Shown here in pieces: positions 29,361 to 44,901 of a DNA stretch of 64,000 nt; positions within the stretch are counted from its first letter, which is position 1; each line of letters opens with the position of its first letter. The notes beneath the pieces were generated by a model. That model saw only the letters and a program-made list of their open reading frames with translations. It did no database searches and was not told the DNA's origin. The position numbers were made by a program, and so were the translations under genes. The DNA lies in NCBI GenBank assembly GCA_951406725.2, contig OX597824.1, forward strand, positions 58,156,001 through 58,220,000. The letters are read 5' to 3'. This stretch comes from Octopus vulgaris (lineage: Eukaryota).

Positions 29361-32123
29361 TGTGTGTATGTATATGTACGTATATAGTTGTATATGCATA
29401 TATATATGTATGTATGTACTTATGTATGCATATAAGGTGCGTGTGTTTGTATAAGTGTGTATGTGGATTGGGCTTCAGTTTCGGGCAAACTTTTATTTCA
29501 ACTTAATCATTAATTTATTTGTTACTTTCTTTTTCTGTTTTTTTATTCTATATATTTTAAAGAAATTTACTGGATGGCTTCATGTCTAAGAATTCTTAAT
29601 ACATCCTCCTCATTCCTGGAGCAAATAAGGATTGTCAAATCCTTTTAAAATCATTATATTCCAGAATACTGTGAATTCATGTGATTGAAGTCAGTGTAGG
29701 TGGGGCGGTATATGATCGGTAGGACATACACACATACACATATACATGTGTATGTATGTGAGTGTATGTATATATATACGCATACACAGCATATATGTGT
29801 AAGAGCGTAAAATAACTGTGTATTTTCATGTGCATTTACATATGTATGTGTGTATATATATGTGTGTTTATATATAGAGGCACAAATACACGCAGACATT
29901 CAAATGTACATGTATACACAGATATACACATATGCTGAACCGTAACCTATAACCTATTGAAACAAAATATATTCTTGTAGTAATGCTTATTTATTATGCT
30001 GGAACATTTTCTCGATCGTGCCTCCTAGATTTAATGATTAATTTACAATCAGTTATATTTTTATATAATTATAACGTTAATATGCTCTACTATATATCTA
30101 TATTAAGATCCTATTTTTATTATTTCTATATGCAACTCGGCAAGACTGCGTCGTCAAGACTTACATTATTTATTTGGCTAATTCAACAAAAAGTATATAA
30201 TGATCATGCTGTGGGGAGTGAAAAATCCAATGTTTCGGTCTTTGCCTTTCATCCTCTCTGGGCGGAGAAAATATGTACCATCTGAGTACCGGGGTCGATG
30301 TAATCGTTTAGCATTTATCTTCCTCGAAATTTCAAGCCTTGTGTAGAAGGACTATTAATACTTAATATCTAACAATGTAAAATGTATCATAAATATACGT
30401 ATGAAACAGGTTGAATTTGCTTCTCTTAAATGCTTTTCCTTTACTCTTCTTGGATTTAAGCAATTCTAGATGTATACAGGTGACATTCAAAATGTAGGGA
30501 ATAAATTGAAGATTTTTTTCTAATTGTGTGGGCTCCTCGTTCGACCTGATAAAAGATTTCTTTTCCATAATTTGATTGTTTTTTTTTTGTCAGTAATTAT
30601 CAGTGCAATGAGATATGAAAAAATTAATAGAACCCTAGATTGAATAGAACAAGTTAATGTTTATTAATAGAATGAGATTGCAGTGTAGTAGAATACCGGA
30701 TTAAGTGTAACATACAAAGAATGTTTTTCAGTGTAATTAAAATCGCAGAATGCCGGTTTAAAACATTCATAACTGATTCAACTTGTATTCTTCAGTATTT
30801 CGTTAAAATATCTGTAGACCCACCTCTGTAGATCCACCCGCCACTATTTATCGTATTTTTGTACTTATATAACAAATTAACATCATCATCAACAATATTA
30901 TTATTGTTGTTCTTGTTGCTTGCGATGTCTGTAGTAAGGATCTGAGAAGTAATGAATTTCCCTTAGTATATGAAAACACACATAAACGCATGCACACACA
31001 GATACACGCAAACACATTCACACAAACACACAAAAACATACAGACACGCATGCACACCCTCACCTACACATATTTACACATACACACGCATGCACTGACT
31101 CACTCAGATAAATCTTTAAATATTCTACTAAAAAGGCTTATATTTGGTATAGGAAGACATATTGGGAGATGAGTACCACCATGTGAGAAATATCAACGAT
31201 TAGGAAGGAGTACTATCAGTAAGGGGAGAGTAGGTCATTAATTGAAGTACACTGTCAGTTAATTACTGTGATGGATACTTGCTATAGGGACCCGGTGAAG
31301 ATTAAAAACACTGTTGAACGTGGTGGAATTTGAACTCAAAACATAATCATTCACAATAAAAACCATATGAAAGTGTTTCAGCCAGCTATATCCTGCCTCT
31401 CCGATTGCAAATCTCTATTATAATTCGAAACACATCCAGGATGTTTTATAGGTAAATGAATCTACCCCAGTTTTGTGACTGCTACTTTATTGTATCGATC
31501 TCTGAAGAATGAAAAACACAGTCGATCCCAGTGCAGTTTGAATTCGGAATTCTATCTTGAAAAAAAAAAAAGGGTGGGGGAGTTCTGTGACGAATCTCTG
31601 GCAACCCGCTATTAATAGATCAAAACCCACTATTTATCGATGAAACCTATGCCTACGTCTTACAGACAAAGTGTATATGGGACTATATTATTCGCGGGAA
31701 CATGATTTGAAAGAGATTTAGCTGTTATCTCTAGTAAAGAAATTCACTACGTTGAGGTTTCCTAGCTGGTTGGTCCAATGCTAGTATTATTGGTTCGTCT
31801 CTCAGCCTCTAACAGCTAAACAATGGCCACGCCTTCATATCGCTTCACATAATGTGTGATTGTGTTTGTGTGTGTGTATGTATATGTGTGCGTGTGTCAG
31901 TGTATGCATCAGTCAATCACTCAGCCAACAAAGCCATGCAGTCAGGCAGGCAATCAGATAGTCAATACGACATCCAGCTAGCAAACCCACCAACCACTCA
32001 GTGGCATTAACGATTTTCTGTGATATCTCTTGCGTTGGTTGATATTGTAGAGAGTAACACGGTGTATATAGTGTAAGCAGAATAGACAGAGACAAAGACA
32101 CACAAACACACTCCACACACATT

Positions 32124-32165
<42 letters not shown>

Positions 32166-33613
32166 GAGACAGGGGGAGGAGAGACTCGAATAAAGATTAT
32201 ATTGAATAAATTATTCATGCGCATGCGTGATAGTCGGTCAGTTCGTTCTGTGTATTTTGTTACCCCAATATTTATTGCATATGTAACACTGGTTGCTATA
32301 AATATGGAAGACAAATACTCGGAAAGAGAGGGTGATTCTTTCTTTTGATGATCACTCGTATTAGTTTTTGGGTTTTATTATAGATATGTTAACATTTTAA
32401 ATGGTTAATTTCTATTTTCGTTCGGACTGTGTGCACGCGTGAGCGTGCGCGCGCGTGTTATTGTTTCTTTGTAATCGGAGTTGTCGTTATCCTCCTCCTC
32501 TTCCGCCTCCTCGTTGTATTTCTAAATAGTTGTTATATATAGTTGTTGCTGCTGTTTAACCCCTGGTCAGTCGTGATTAAACGTACTGATGATCAAAGGC
32601 GTTTCTAATCGCGATCATTTTGTCATTTAATATATTTAACAAACTAGATGATGCTTGGTTGTTATTTATATTGCATATAAGTTAGTTATTGTTACTAACA
32701 CTGTTGTTGTTATACACTACCTGTCTACGGGACTTTAATTAAATCTTAAGGGGACACCTTTCTCATCTAAAAGGTGGTCATTTAGATGGAGGCTTTTATG
32801 GCCGTCAGCTTCTCAGCATGACATTGATGGAATGATACGGTAAGAGCTCGGGCATAATAAACCCACAACTAACCACTTACCTGTATTACAACAACAACAA
32901 CAACAACAATAACTATAAATATCGAGAGCTCAGTACAGCGACAGAGAAATCTGACGTCATGAATTTAAAAGAAGCAGACGACAGAATATTAGAGACAAAG
33001 AGGCGGCGATGATGGTGGCAACAGAAGCAGAGAGGTCGACAACGACATTGACATGCCCTTTGATGGAAGAAGGCTATCATCTGGACAGTAGCATCTAACA
33101 AACACAGAAGTAATAGTTGAGACACTTTTCACAGATCCTCCTTGGATTGTTGCCTAGCGTGTTTCTAATAGGAAAATCTATTTGTATGTATGTATGTATG
33201 TATGTATGTATGTATGTATGTATGTATGTATGTATGTGTGTGCGCGCGCGCGTTTTCATCTCTGACAGTAATTTTTGAGTTTGGGGTTTGCAGATTCTTC
33301 CTCCTATTTTTTCTCGTCACATTGATGTCAAGTAGACATCTGACTTTCACAACAGAACATTATTTCACTTTGCGGTCCCAGATAAAAATGCCAAGTCGAT
33401 TGTATTTTAATTGGTGTGCTGTTTTTATTCTTAGGTACCACCAATATTGTGTGGATTTAGCGGTCGTTACGGTCATCATTAGTTTCATCAGCTTTATTCT
33501 ATTGCAACTAGCTCTGGCTACTACATCATTTCTTGTGGGGGAGTAACATCTGAAGAATAGTATTTCATATTGAAAGTCATATAGTTACTGCCTTCAGTTT
33601 TGGTTTTTCTTAG

Positions 33614-33682
<69 letters not shown>

Positions 33683-33978
33683 AGCTTAGAGAAGAAGAAG
33701 AAACGAAACGAAACGAATCGAATCGAATCGACGCGAGGGCGCTCAGTCATACAATAGTGTAATAAATAAAATATATGCATACGTACAAACATATATAAAA
33801 TTCCTTTGCAGAGGGGTAAAAACAAGGAAACAAATGTGACAAAAACAGGACGTAAAAACAATACAATTAAAAACAAATACAAAATAAAAATACAATTACA
33901 AAAAATACAGTACAAGAAGGAATAGAAACAGGACTGGAAAACAAATAATGAGGGCCTATAAGCCTAGACGAGGAAAAG

Positions 33979-34064
<86 letters not shown>

Positions 34065-34721
34065 TGTTCGCTGATGAATTCTGTCTTTTTCCTGGGAAAC
34101 AAAGAAGTACATTCAAGGCCAACCGTTGCAAACTAGTTACCATTTTATACCAGGTTATTAGTATGGTTTATTACCTTCGAGGCCAGCGGGTTTTCTTGTC
34201 AAGCATCCATGTTCAACCTTCTTATATTGCTATTTTAATTAGGATTTTCCAATATCCTTTGGAGAGAGATACATGTCAGCTTATATTTCATGTATCTACT
34301 CAAGGTTATTCGCTATCCTAATTAACTACCCTAATAATGTCTTTAGTTATCTTAATGGTCTCTTTAATTTCGTACTTGTAACCTTGAACATAATTGTCGC
34401 TGAGTTATTTTCTCTGCTGGGTATGTTACATAGTGCTATAATCCGGTCTCGTACAATGTTAATACAGGTTTAACACCGTGTCGGCCCTAATTCACAAGGG
34501 GATGTAGTTTACATTCCTGTTGGTGTAGAAATTTCCAATAGCTTACGAGTCATTCCATTTATCTTGTTAAGCTCCTGTAGCGACTAATTCATAGGGCCAA
34601 ATGTATGTCTGCAAAGGAGGAATTGTAAAGGTGTTGTATGCGAAATATACTTGTAGTAGACTGAACATATTTTCTTTACACTCTTGAAGCATTTGTTTTG
34701 TTATCCTTTTCGCATCAATGA

Positions 34722-34846
<125 letters not shown>

Positions 34847-35003
34847 CAGTCGTCTGTGAATGACAGTTATATTTGTCGTAGAACAATATCTTCTTCGATT
34901 TAAGAATTTCAGTATCAAAATAGATGAAGACGAATCAAATATGACCGAATTACGGCGGTAAGATATATGTAATACATATATGTGTATAAATGTAAACATA
35001 TAT

Positions 35004-35084
<81 letters not shown>

Positions 35085-35311
35085 ATGTATGCACCTGTGT
35101 GTGTCTGTGCGTGTGTGATCCGAACCAGGGTTTCTCTCTCATTGGCCCTTTCGCACAGTATTACATTCGCCAGCTGATAATTTTGTTTACTTCATGATTA
35201 CCATATAATCCTACTGTAGTCATTTATAACATAGACCAGTGTATTGAGTACTTTAATATTTTATGAAGCACAAAATAGATAACAAAAAACAACAACACAC
35301 ACACACACATG

Positions 35312-35344
<33 letters not shown>

Positions 35345-38162
35345 ATCTCCCCCATCCCGTATAATTCGATTCAAAGTGATTCCGTCACGAAGGAAACAAT
35401 TATATTGTTTTTATTTTGTTTGTTTCTTTGGTTGTCATTGTTGAGTTTTTTCTATTGTTGATGTCTGACTGTTGAATCCATCGCAGTTTACCAAGGATAT
35501 CATTTTCAACGTGTTCTAGATTTACTTGCTGGGTTTCTATCTCCAACTTTCCTATGTAATGGGTATGGCAAGCCAGTGACATTTATTGCAGGTACCAAAT
35601 TGGGTTTGTTGATAGTGTTGATGAGAGGTTAATATAAACGGAGACGGGTGAGGCTGGGGCAAATTAAAATGTTAGCTGATCTCTTTACAGTTTAAATACT
35701 TGTTAGGGTAATAATGATTTCTTGTAGAGCCACAAAGCTAAAAAAATTCATGGGAGGGGTTGCGTCGATTAAATCCGAACCTCTATACTTGACCGCTCTT
35801 TTATCTTATCGACCTCCACGATGATGAAAAGCAAAATCAACCTCGGTGCCATTTGAAATCAGAATATAAAGAATTTAACTCAATAAATTCTACATTTGAA
35901 TCGGATGCTTTACTTCCGATTCTATCACTCAACAGCCCATGCAATTGCACATAAATATATTTACCACAGTAACTTTCAGGGGAAAACAAAACTAAACAAA
36001 GCATTAATAGTGCCTTGCTGAAAATAAAACAAATTTTACTTAGGACTACTTATAAATTCACAAATTGGTTAAGTCCCCAAATGATGGAACATCAATTCAT
36101 TTCACTTAAATTCAACTGAATGATTATCCCTGTGGAAGAATTAGTTAAAGTTACAATTCTCTGAGTTTCGCATCAGTGAGAGAATATTTTGTTTTCTGTA
36201 TGTGTATAAGCGTTCAACATGTCTTCATTGTATAGAAATGAACGCACTATTCTTCTATTAAATACATATATATAGACATATTTTAATTATCTCTTTGCCA
36301 GTTTATTCATTTAATAACATTGCTTTAAGAGGAATGGTAGATAGATAGGTAGAAGCTAGATAGATAGATCAAAGGCGAGGAGAGATTGTTAGAGATAGAG
36401 ATGGATAGAGGTGAGGGAGAAATACATATAGAGAAAGAGGATGAGAGGAAATGAAAATCATTATACCACAACATGTATTTTTACTACGGGCATATGCGCG
36501 CACACGCACGCACACACACTCGCGCGCGCACACACACACACTCATATATATATAAACACATACATATTTGTGTGTGTATATATGTAAACACACACACACA
36601 CACACAAATAACCACTTATTAATTCTGCTGGTGTATTCTAAGCAACAAAACCTCGCTCTACTCCCTTACATGTCTGCGAGTTTATCCCTGCTAGATTGCT
36701 CTTATTCAATGGTGCTCCTCTGGGAACGTCTGTTCGCTACACAGGAGGCTGGTCTAAATCTCAGGCTTTTATCGCTGCTGGATTGTGAGGAAACAATGGC
36801 GAAATAGTCATGCGGTTTAAAGTCAACACGAAAAGGCTGGTCTAAATATCCACCAATCATAAACCTCTCTAGTAAATCTTTTCACTGACTGGCTGTCTTT
36901 TGTAATTATTACTTGACTTTCTTTATCCTTTAACCGAATTCATTAATTTCATCGTGGTCATGCTGGAGCAAGACTACATCCAATGGTTTTTTAATGATCA
37001 CATCGATCAACAACATATTTCAATCTTGTACATAAAATAGTGAATTTTATTTATCAGATTGTTTAGTCATGTATTTGATACAAATGGGCATAACACCGTT
37101 TTATACCACTAAACTTAGACAAGGATGAAGTCACATATGCACACAAATATTGCACACATACATACATACATACATACATACATACATACATACATACATA
37201 CATACATACATACATACATACATACATACATACATGCATGCGTGCATGCATACATACATGCATACATACATACAAATATACAAACATACATACATACATA
37301 CATACATACATACATGCATACACACATACATACATACATACATACATACATACATGCATGCATAAATGCATGCATCTGTCCATATATACACGCTCAAATA
37401 TAAGCTGAATAATTTTGCTTACTGAACTTCGGTGAGACCAATGTTCCTGTTGTTATGTGCAACGATCAGATATGATATAGTGGCGCAAAATATTTTAAGT
37501 TCAAATCCCGCCACATTTTGCGTCTCCTTTTTATCTTTCTCGAGTCAAGATATCATTTACCATTTATTGTCTGCATTCCTCTTAACTTTCTACATACATC
37601 TTGCACAAAGACCCATCATAGAATTCATGTGTAAGTTTGAGCAGAGAAACTACCGAATCGTTACTCTAAAGGTTGACCAGGTGATTATTTAGAAATTATT
37701 TACAGAATTCTTGTGGTCTTGTTTCAAACAGCATTAGAAATGATGTGACCCAAAGAGGAAGTTGGAATCTGGTATCTGAATGATTCTTTGGACATGAACA
37801 TTGTTTATTCTAGAACGAAAGCGGAACGCTGTGGACTGAATGACTTTCAGTCAGATCGTTTGCATATAATGACGACATCGTTATTTGATGGAATATAAGG
37901 AATGCAAAGAACTGTTAAAACTTTGTGTGTACACAAGGTAGCAAGAGAATAATAAATGGTCTCATTTCAGCCCGTGAGAACCATAGCAGTGTGGCTATGG
38001 ACGATGCACCATCTAAGGTAACATTTCCAAAAGACCATTTTGCTTTAATCAAGGTAAACTTGTTGAACTGTTAACTAGATTCTAAACCCTTAATTGTGTG
38101 TATCTTACTTATTCACCCATGGAATTTAGGTGTAATGCGTATAAGAATTTGATGAAAATAAG

Positions 38163-40234
38163 ATTTGATGAAAATAAGCAGTGAAAAGTCCCGCTTGAAA
38201 ATAAAACTGCTGGAAATTGAAAAATGTCTGCAACTCTCCCATGAAAAAGAAAGAGCAGACAAAGAAGCCTGGGCTATAGACAACATAAAATCTAACCCCA
38301 GAGCTTTCTACAAGTTTGCCAAAGAAACAGCTACGGTGCACTGTAGGATAGGGCCACTCCTTGAAAAAGATGGTACACTCACAGGAAATCCAATGAGGAT
38401 AAGTGAAATACTAAATGAGCAATTCAAGAGTATTTTCACTCCACCCCTAGGGCATTTTCAAGTCAGCAATCCAACTGACTTCTTTACCACTGCAGATATA
38501 AAATCAGAGGCAACGATGATTGATTACATCAATATAAAGGAAGACGATGTAATAAAGGCTATAGATGAAATGAACCCAAACTCAGCTACTGGCCCCGATG
38601 GATTCCCAGCAATCCTTCTAAAAATATGTAAGAGAGTCCTAGCAAGACCACTGCAGTTCCTCTTTCAGAGCTTCCTTGCAACTGGCAAACTTCCAAGAAA
38701 ACTGAAGGCGGGTAAAATATGCCCTATTCATAAAGGAGGTAGCAGAGCGGAGGCCAAGAACTACAGACCTATCTCTCTGACCTCACACATCAGCAAGGTC
38801 ATGGAACGAATAGTCAGAAGGAAACTAATCGCCTTCCTTGAAGAAAATAACTTGCTGCCTGACACCCAACATGGTTTCCGATCAGGAAGAAGCTGCCTAA
38901 CTCAGCTCCTACAACACTATGACTGGGTGCTGAAACAACTGCTCAACCACTCAAATGTGGAAGTGATATATCTTGACTTTGCAAAGGCCTTTGACAAAGT
39001 TGATCATGGAACGATATGTCACAAACTGCGTGATCTTGGCATAATTGGAAAATTGGGAGAATGGCTTAATGACTTTCTGAAGGATAGAAGTCAGGTGGTA
39101 GTAGCCAATGGGGCCACCTCAAATAACACGCAAATAGTGAGCGGTGTTCCGCAAGGCACTGTTTTGGGACCACTACTGTTCATAATGGCTCTCTCAGACA
39201 TGCCCTCAGCCACGCAGAGAGCCGCGATCACAAGTTATGCAGACAATACAAAAGTTTCGCAGGTAATACAGAACCCTGAAGATACTATGCACCTGCAATG
39301 TGAGCTGGACAAAATATACAAGGGGGCTGAAAAGAATAGCATGCAGTTTCAAGCTTTATGCTATCAGCATGCAAAACTAAATGCAATACCCAATGAATAC
39401 ACTGGACCTGGAGGGATTGCAATCCCAGAGGCACAATTAGTGCGAGACCTGGGTATTTACATGAGTAATGATGCAACCTTTCATGTGCATGTTGCTAAAT
39501 TGGCAATGAAATGTAGGCGGCCCACCGCATGGATTCTTACAGCTTTTAGAACAAGAGACCAGGAAACCATGATGGTCCTCTGGAGGACACATGTCCTAGG
39601 CCACTTTGACTATTGCTCTCAGCTATGGTCACCAACCAGTGTCAAATTAATCACAGAACTTGAGGCGATCCAACGAAGCTACACGAAGAAGATATCCTCT
39701 GTGCAGCATATAAGCTATTGGGAAAGACTCAAGAGATTAAGACTCTATTCCTTAGAGCGTTGGCAAGAAAGATATGCCATAATATACATCTGGAAGATCC
39801 TGGAAGGACTTGTCCCAAACTTTGGCATCGAGAGTTACACAAATACTAGAACTAGACGCCACTGCATAGTGCCAAGGACTCCAAATTTGCCATCAAGATG
39901 TAGGACAAGATACTGTGATGGCCTGGGCTTCAGAGGTCCACAGCTCTTCAATATCCCCCCGAAGGACCTGAGAGACCTGCATGGGGTGGGTGCAGATGTC
40001 TTTAAAATAAAAGTGGATCTCTTCCTGTCAGGTGTTCCAGATGAACCAACTTCACAGCAGGAGGTGCAGATGAGGGCAGCTGCATCAAACTCTCTCATGC
40101 ACCAAATGTCAATTGCTAAAAAGCATTCGTGAACTAAAATCATGTAGCAACACCGAATGGCGGTGCCCCAGCATGGCCACAGCTCGTGAGCTGAAACTAG
40201 ATAAAATAAAATATTAAATTAAAATAAAATAAAA
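38163..40234 (+). mobile_element. 5'-truncated CR1/L2-group LINE with a 655-aa open RT frame, 3' UTR and (AAAAT)n-like tail
   Basis: ORF 38165-40132 with SATGPDG, NYRPISLTS, QHGFRSGRSC, YLDFAKAFDKVDH, SGVPQGTVLGP, YADN, RDLGI, DYCSQLWSP and C-terminal DLFLSGVPDEP. No endonuclease domain. A-rich tail at 40201-40234. Confidence 0.93.
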
Positions 40235-41515
40235 GATCAAAACCGTAATTTGGAATTTTGGATCAGTAACCACTAAAATATGAGGACAGTGACCAGAGTT
40301 GAGAATCCTACTGAAGCAAAACAGTAAAACATATTTGCAGTTACAAATGTTGGTTCTTACAGGAGTACACACAAAGAAAAAATATTACATGGTTTAACAT
40401 AATCAAATATTACAATATATGTATTTATATTAATTTAACACAAAAATGGAAATGCTCACTATTATGTAATGGATATATCTGTTTGAATATGTTGTAGAAA
40501 TATGTCCGTTCAGTCAAACTGTGCAAGCTGTCATTGCATATATAATTACAAAATAAATTATTATTTCTTGTTCATGTTGTGTTAATTAAGTAACTTTAAC
40601 GCAACACTTTCGTTTTAGCCAGGAGCCATCAAGTTTGCAAAATAGTTCATATTTACCAGGGAGGTTCAACTTCTATTTATTACTAGCTATACTTGAAAGC
40701 ATCTTGGTGTTTCTGTCTATAAGCTATTTTAATTACTGGCTCAATTGATACACTATAACATAGTAATTACAGTTGAATTATGTCTTCATCTGCACACCGA
40801 TGAATTTATTAATGAAAACAATATTTTTCTCATCACATATACTCTGACTTCACAGCTTCTTATACATGCTACCCCGAGACTAAAACGTTTACGCATCCTT
40901 TATAGCATAGAGTGATTCTCAATGGTATTTGCTGTTAAAACTTTCGGAATAAAAAAATAAATTTTAAAGGTTATAAGATAAAATAATGCTAAAATAATAC
41001 TTTTATATGTATTAAACATGAAACCGTTTTCTATTTTAAAAATATATAACAGTTAACACATAAAATATATTTAATTTTCATGTCAAGAAAGTAGAATATA
41101 CTTGTAAAGCATAAAGTATATTCTGAGTCTGTAAAACGCCTATTTGTAAGATATAAAATGTTTAAAACATAATTTATGATTTAAAATATAGAAATTTTAA
41201 AAGAATATACAATGTTATATGTATGCACAAATATATATAAAAGGTGTAACACATTGTTTTATCTAAAAAAATATGCAACATTTAAAACAAAATATTTTAT
41301 TATTATAAAATATATTTTATCATATAATGATGTAATATAATAATGATGAAAAGAAACAATGCATCAGGTATAATTTTTACACTTGTATATCAAATCATTT
41401 TCAGAGTAAATTTGAATTAGTTCAATAACATATGTATCTCTCTATCTACCTGTTTGTCAAAATAAAATGATTACTTTTCCCAATCGCCACTATACAAAAA
41501 CACAGGGTTCTATCT

Positions 41516-41612
<97 letters not shown>

Positions 41613-41660
41613 CAACAACTCGAATAAGATCTTCGTATATACATACATATACATACATAC

Positions 41661-41740
<80 letters not shown>

Positions 41741-41741
41741 G

Positions 41742-41776
<35 letters not shown>

Positions 41777-42085
41777 CGGGAAGCTTTATGAAAATAAACA
41801 AAAGACGAAGGCAGGTGGAATACAAACAAACAATTGTATTAGTATATATATATCTTCACAGTTGAATATATGTGTAAGTATTACGTATATCGACAAAAGA
41901 TTTAAGAATGTTACAGTAATCCAAAACAACAACAATGACATTAGCCTCAACAATGTATATATATATATTTACACGTGTACATTTATGTACATGCATATAC
42001 AATTGTTTGGGTGTGTATGTGTTTGTGCGTATCTATACACTTACAAGTGTACAGACACTAATATAACATACACGCGCGCCTGCAT

Positions 42086-42149
<64 letters not shown>

Positions 42150-42387
42150 CTGATCATTTAGGCGTACAGCTGGTTTTATAATCATTATCAAAACACACGG
42201 TGCACTGCCAAAGTGTGACTTAAACAAGTGATATAACCTTGTTCTTGCCATAAGATGTTAATTAGCAATATTTTTAGTTGAATAACTACACCAGCAACAA
42301 CGACAACAACAACGTTAACAACAACAACAACAACAACGTTAACAACAACAACAACAACAAACACAATGATAATAATGACAATAATAA

Positions 42388-42856
42388 TCCTTTCTAGGCC
42401 TGACATTTTTGGGGTGGGGGCTAGTCGATTATATTGACCCAGTGTATAACTGGTACTTATCGACCCCGAAAGGATGAAAGGCAAAGTCGACCTCGGCGGA
42501 AATAATAATCCTTTTTACTATAGGCACAAGGCCTGAAATTTGGGTAGGGGGGGGGCAGTCGATTAGATCGACCCCCGTACGCAACTGGTACTTAATTTAT
42601 CGACCCCGAAAGTATGAAAGGCAAAGTCGATCTCGGTGGAATTTGTACTCAGAACGTAATGACAGACGAAATATCGCAGAGTATTTTGCCCGGCGCGCTA
42701 ACGTTTCTGCCAACTCGCCGCCTTAATAATAATAGTAATAGTAATAATAATAATAGTTTTAAATTGTGGCATAAAGAAAACAGGTTTTGGGGTGTGGGAT
42801 AAGTTAATTATATTGACCTTAGTTCTTGACTGATTCTTTATTTATCGAACCCCGGA
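42388..42856 (-). mobile_element. Three tandem SINE family B copies (partial, full 42505-42722, partial)
   Basis: Repeated atcgaccccgaaag.atgaaaggcaaagtcga.ctcgg blocks; the full copy ends in gccaactcgccgcc. Confidence 0.78.
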
Positions 42857-43599
42857 ATTCAAAGAAGAAGAAGAAGAAAAAGTAGAATAATAATAACAAC
42901 TACTTTTATTAGACGCAGGAGCAAAGATGAGGAGGACATCAGAAGGAATGTCAACAATGCTTGTGGCGGGGGTACATAAAAGATGAGAAAGAAACGGAAA
43001 GGACAGTAAAATGCGATAAGAGTATAGGTGGTATACAAAGTATGTGTGAAAACGACTGATGGCAGTCCTCTTGGTAGTGGAGAAACTTCAACTAGGGCCA
43101 ATTAAGGAATTCCACACATCCAGGTTTACCTTGACCGCCAAAATCACTAGGACTCACTCAACTGTTGTTCTCCAATCTACGGCTGCATGGTTAGCGTAGA
43201 GAAATACACCCTAACCATTTTTGCCAGGATTGATTACCTTGGCTACCAAGACAAATGTCGGGTCCTAGCTTTCACGCACTGGCCTATAGAGTCATAATGA
43301 AAGTGGTCGTTGCTCGCCATTTTCACTCATTACCAACAAATTTTGTGGTGGGTAGCACCCACCTCTCTCTCTGTCTCTGTCTTGCTCACTCTTTCTCTGT
43401 CTATCTCTACTCGCAATCTCTCCAACGGAACTTGGAGAGAGAGTTGATGAGGGCTGAAAATGCTAATGCTTGTCCTCAGTCACGCCCGCCGCACAACCCC
43501 TTTTGAAATAGCCAGCTATAGGCGTAGTGCGTGTCATGTATACTAGGGATGTGGGAAATTTTTTATCGCTTATTTCGTTCAGTCAAGCAAATTAAACCT

Positions 43600-43730
43600 A
43601 GTATCTAGTTTTCTTTAAAGTTTGATACTTATTCTGTCAGTCAATTTTGCCGAAACGTTAAGTAACGTTGGTCATAAAACAAATAAGCTCGAGTTGTTTG
43701 GTGGTGATTCTGAGATAAATACAGACGCTA

Positions 43731-43764
<34 letters not shown>

Positions 43765-43935
43765 CTATATGTAGATATAGAAGATAGCCGTTCACACAGT
43801 TTCCATCTACCAAATCCACTACTAAGGCATTGGTCACCACGGGCCTATCTTAGAAGATATTTGCCCAAGGTTCCCTGCAGTGGAACTGAACCCGAAAGCA
43901 CTTGTTTGTTGAGCTGTCTTCTTAAACATAGCCAT
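43600..43935 (-). mobile_element. SINE family A copy with internal (AC)n
   Basis: ttttgccgaa..taagtaacg, (AC)n, cagtttccatctaccaaatccact..gcccaaggtt..gaactgaacccg. Confidence 0.65.
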
Positions 43936-44663
43936 TCTTGTGCCTTGTCGAGTAAGTAAGCTAAAATATTTTATCGATTCTGGAAATGAAAGAAAAAGCT
44001 GCCTAAGGCTAGTATTGAATTCAGAGCCGAATGCAATTTATCTGATGCTCTATTGATTCCACCATTAATATAATAAATAAATAAGTAAATAAATAAACAA
44101 ATAAAATCATTGTTGAAACTGAAGCGTCTACAACAGGTCGCGTATTATTAAGCTTAATATGTTATACATTGTGTATAACATTTACATGTTTTAGTAAACA
44201 TGTTGCTTGTCACCTGTAATACACTACATTTATCTATTATGTTAATGTCTAGCGTGTTACATCATTTATTTACATCTTGTTACATGTAACTAGTTATACA
44301 CTATATATAACATGCTATATTTTATATGCAAAATGCTATATGTTACATATTACATACAAGTTACATGGTACGTTACATGCATGTTATCTCTAATATGATA
44401 TCGAGTAACGATGTGCGCGCAAGCGCCATAAGGTGTTTATGTATGTCTGTGGATGTGTGTCTGTATAGATGTGTATTTATGTATATATGCTTGTATGCAT
44501 ATGTGTATGTTTGAATGTATGTATCAATGTGTCTATATATGTATAACCATGTACACACGTATATTTGTAAGTACGTATGATTATGTTTATATAATTTAAT
44601 TCTGATTTGAGGAAACTCCGAGTAACAACATAGTGAAAGACACACACTCACACTCACACGCAC

Positions 44664-44695
<32 letters not shown>

Positions 44696-44811
44696 TCGTG
44701 AACTCATACACGCGCACACACCGACTAGTGAAATTCCGTGTTCAATAAGTTTGGAGCATTCAAAACGTACATTATCCCCATTAATGTTGCCCGGCTAAAT
44801 CCCTCCCCTTT

Positions 44812-44901
<90 letters not shown>

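Noticed and set aside
33545-33590. CTGAAGA...GAAA hammerhead-like spacing (also at about 5638 and 34071)
   Set aside because: Stems I-III do not pair properly, or the cleavage triplet is not NUH.
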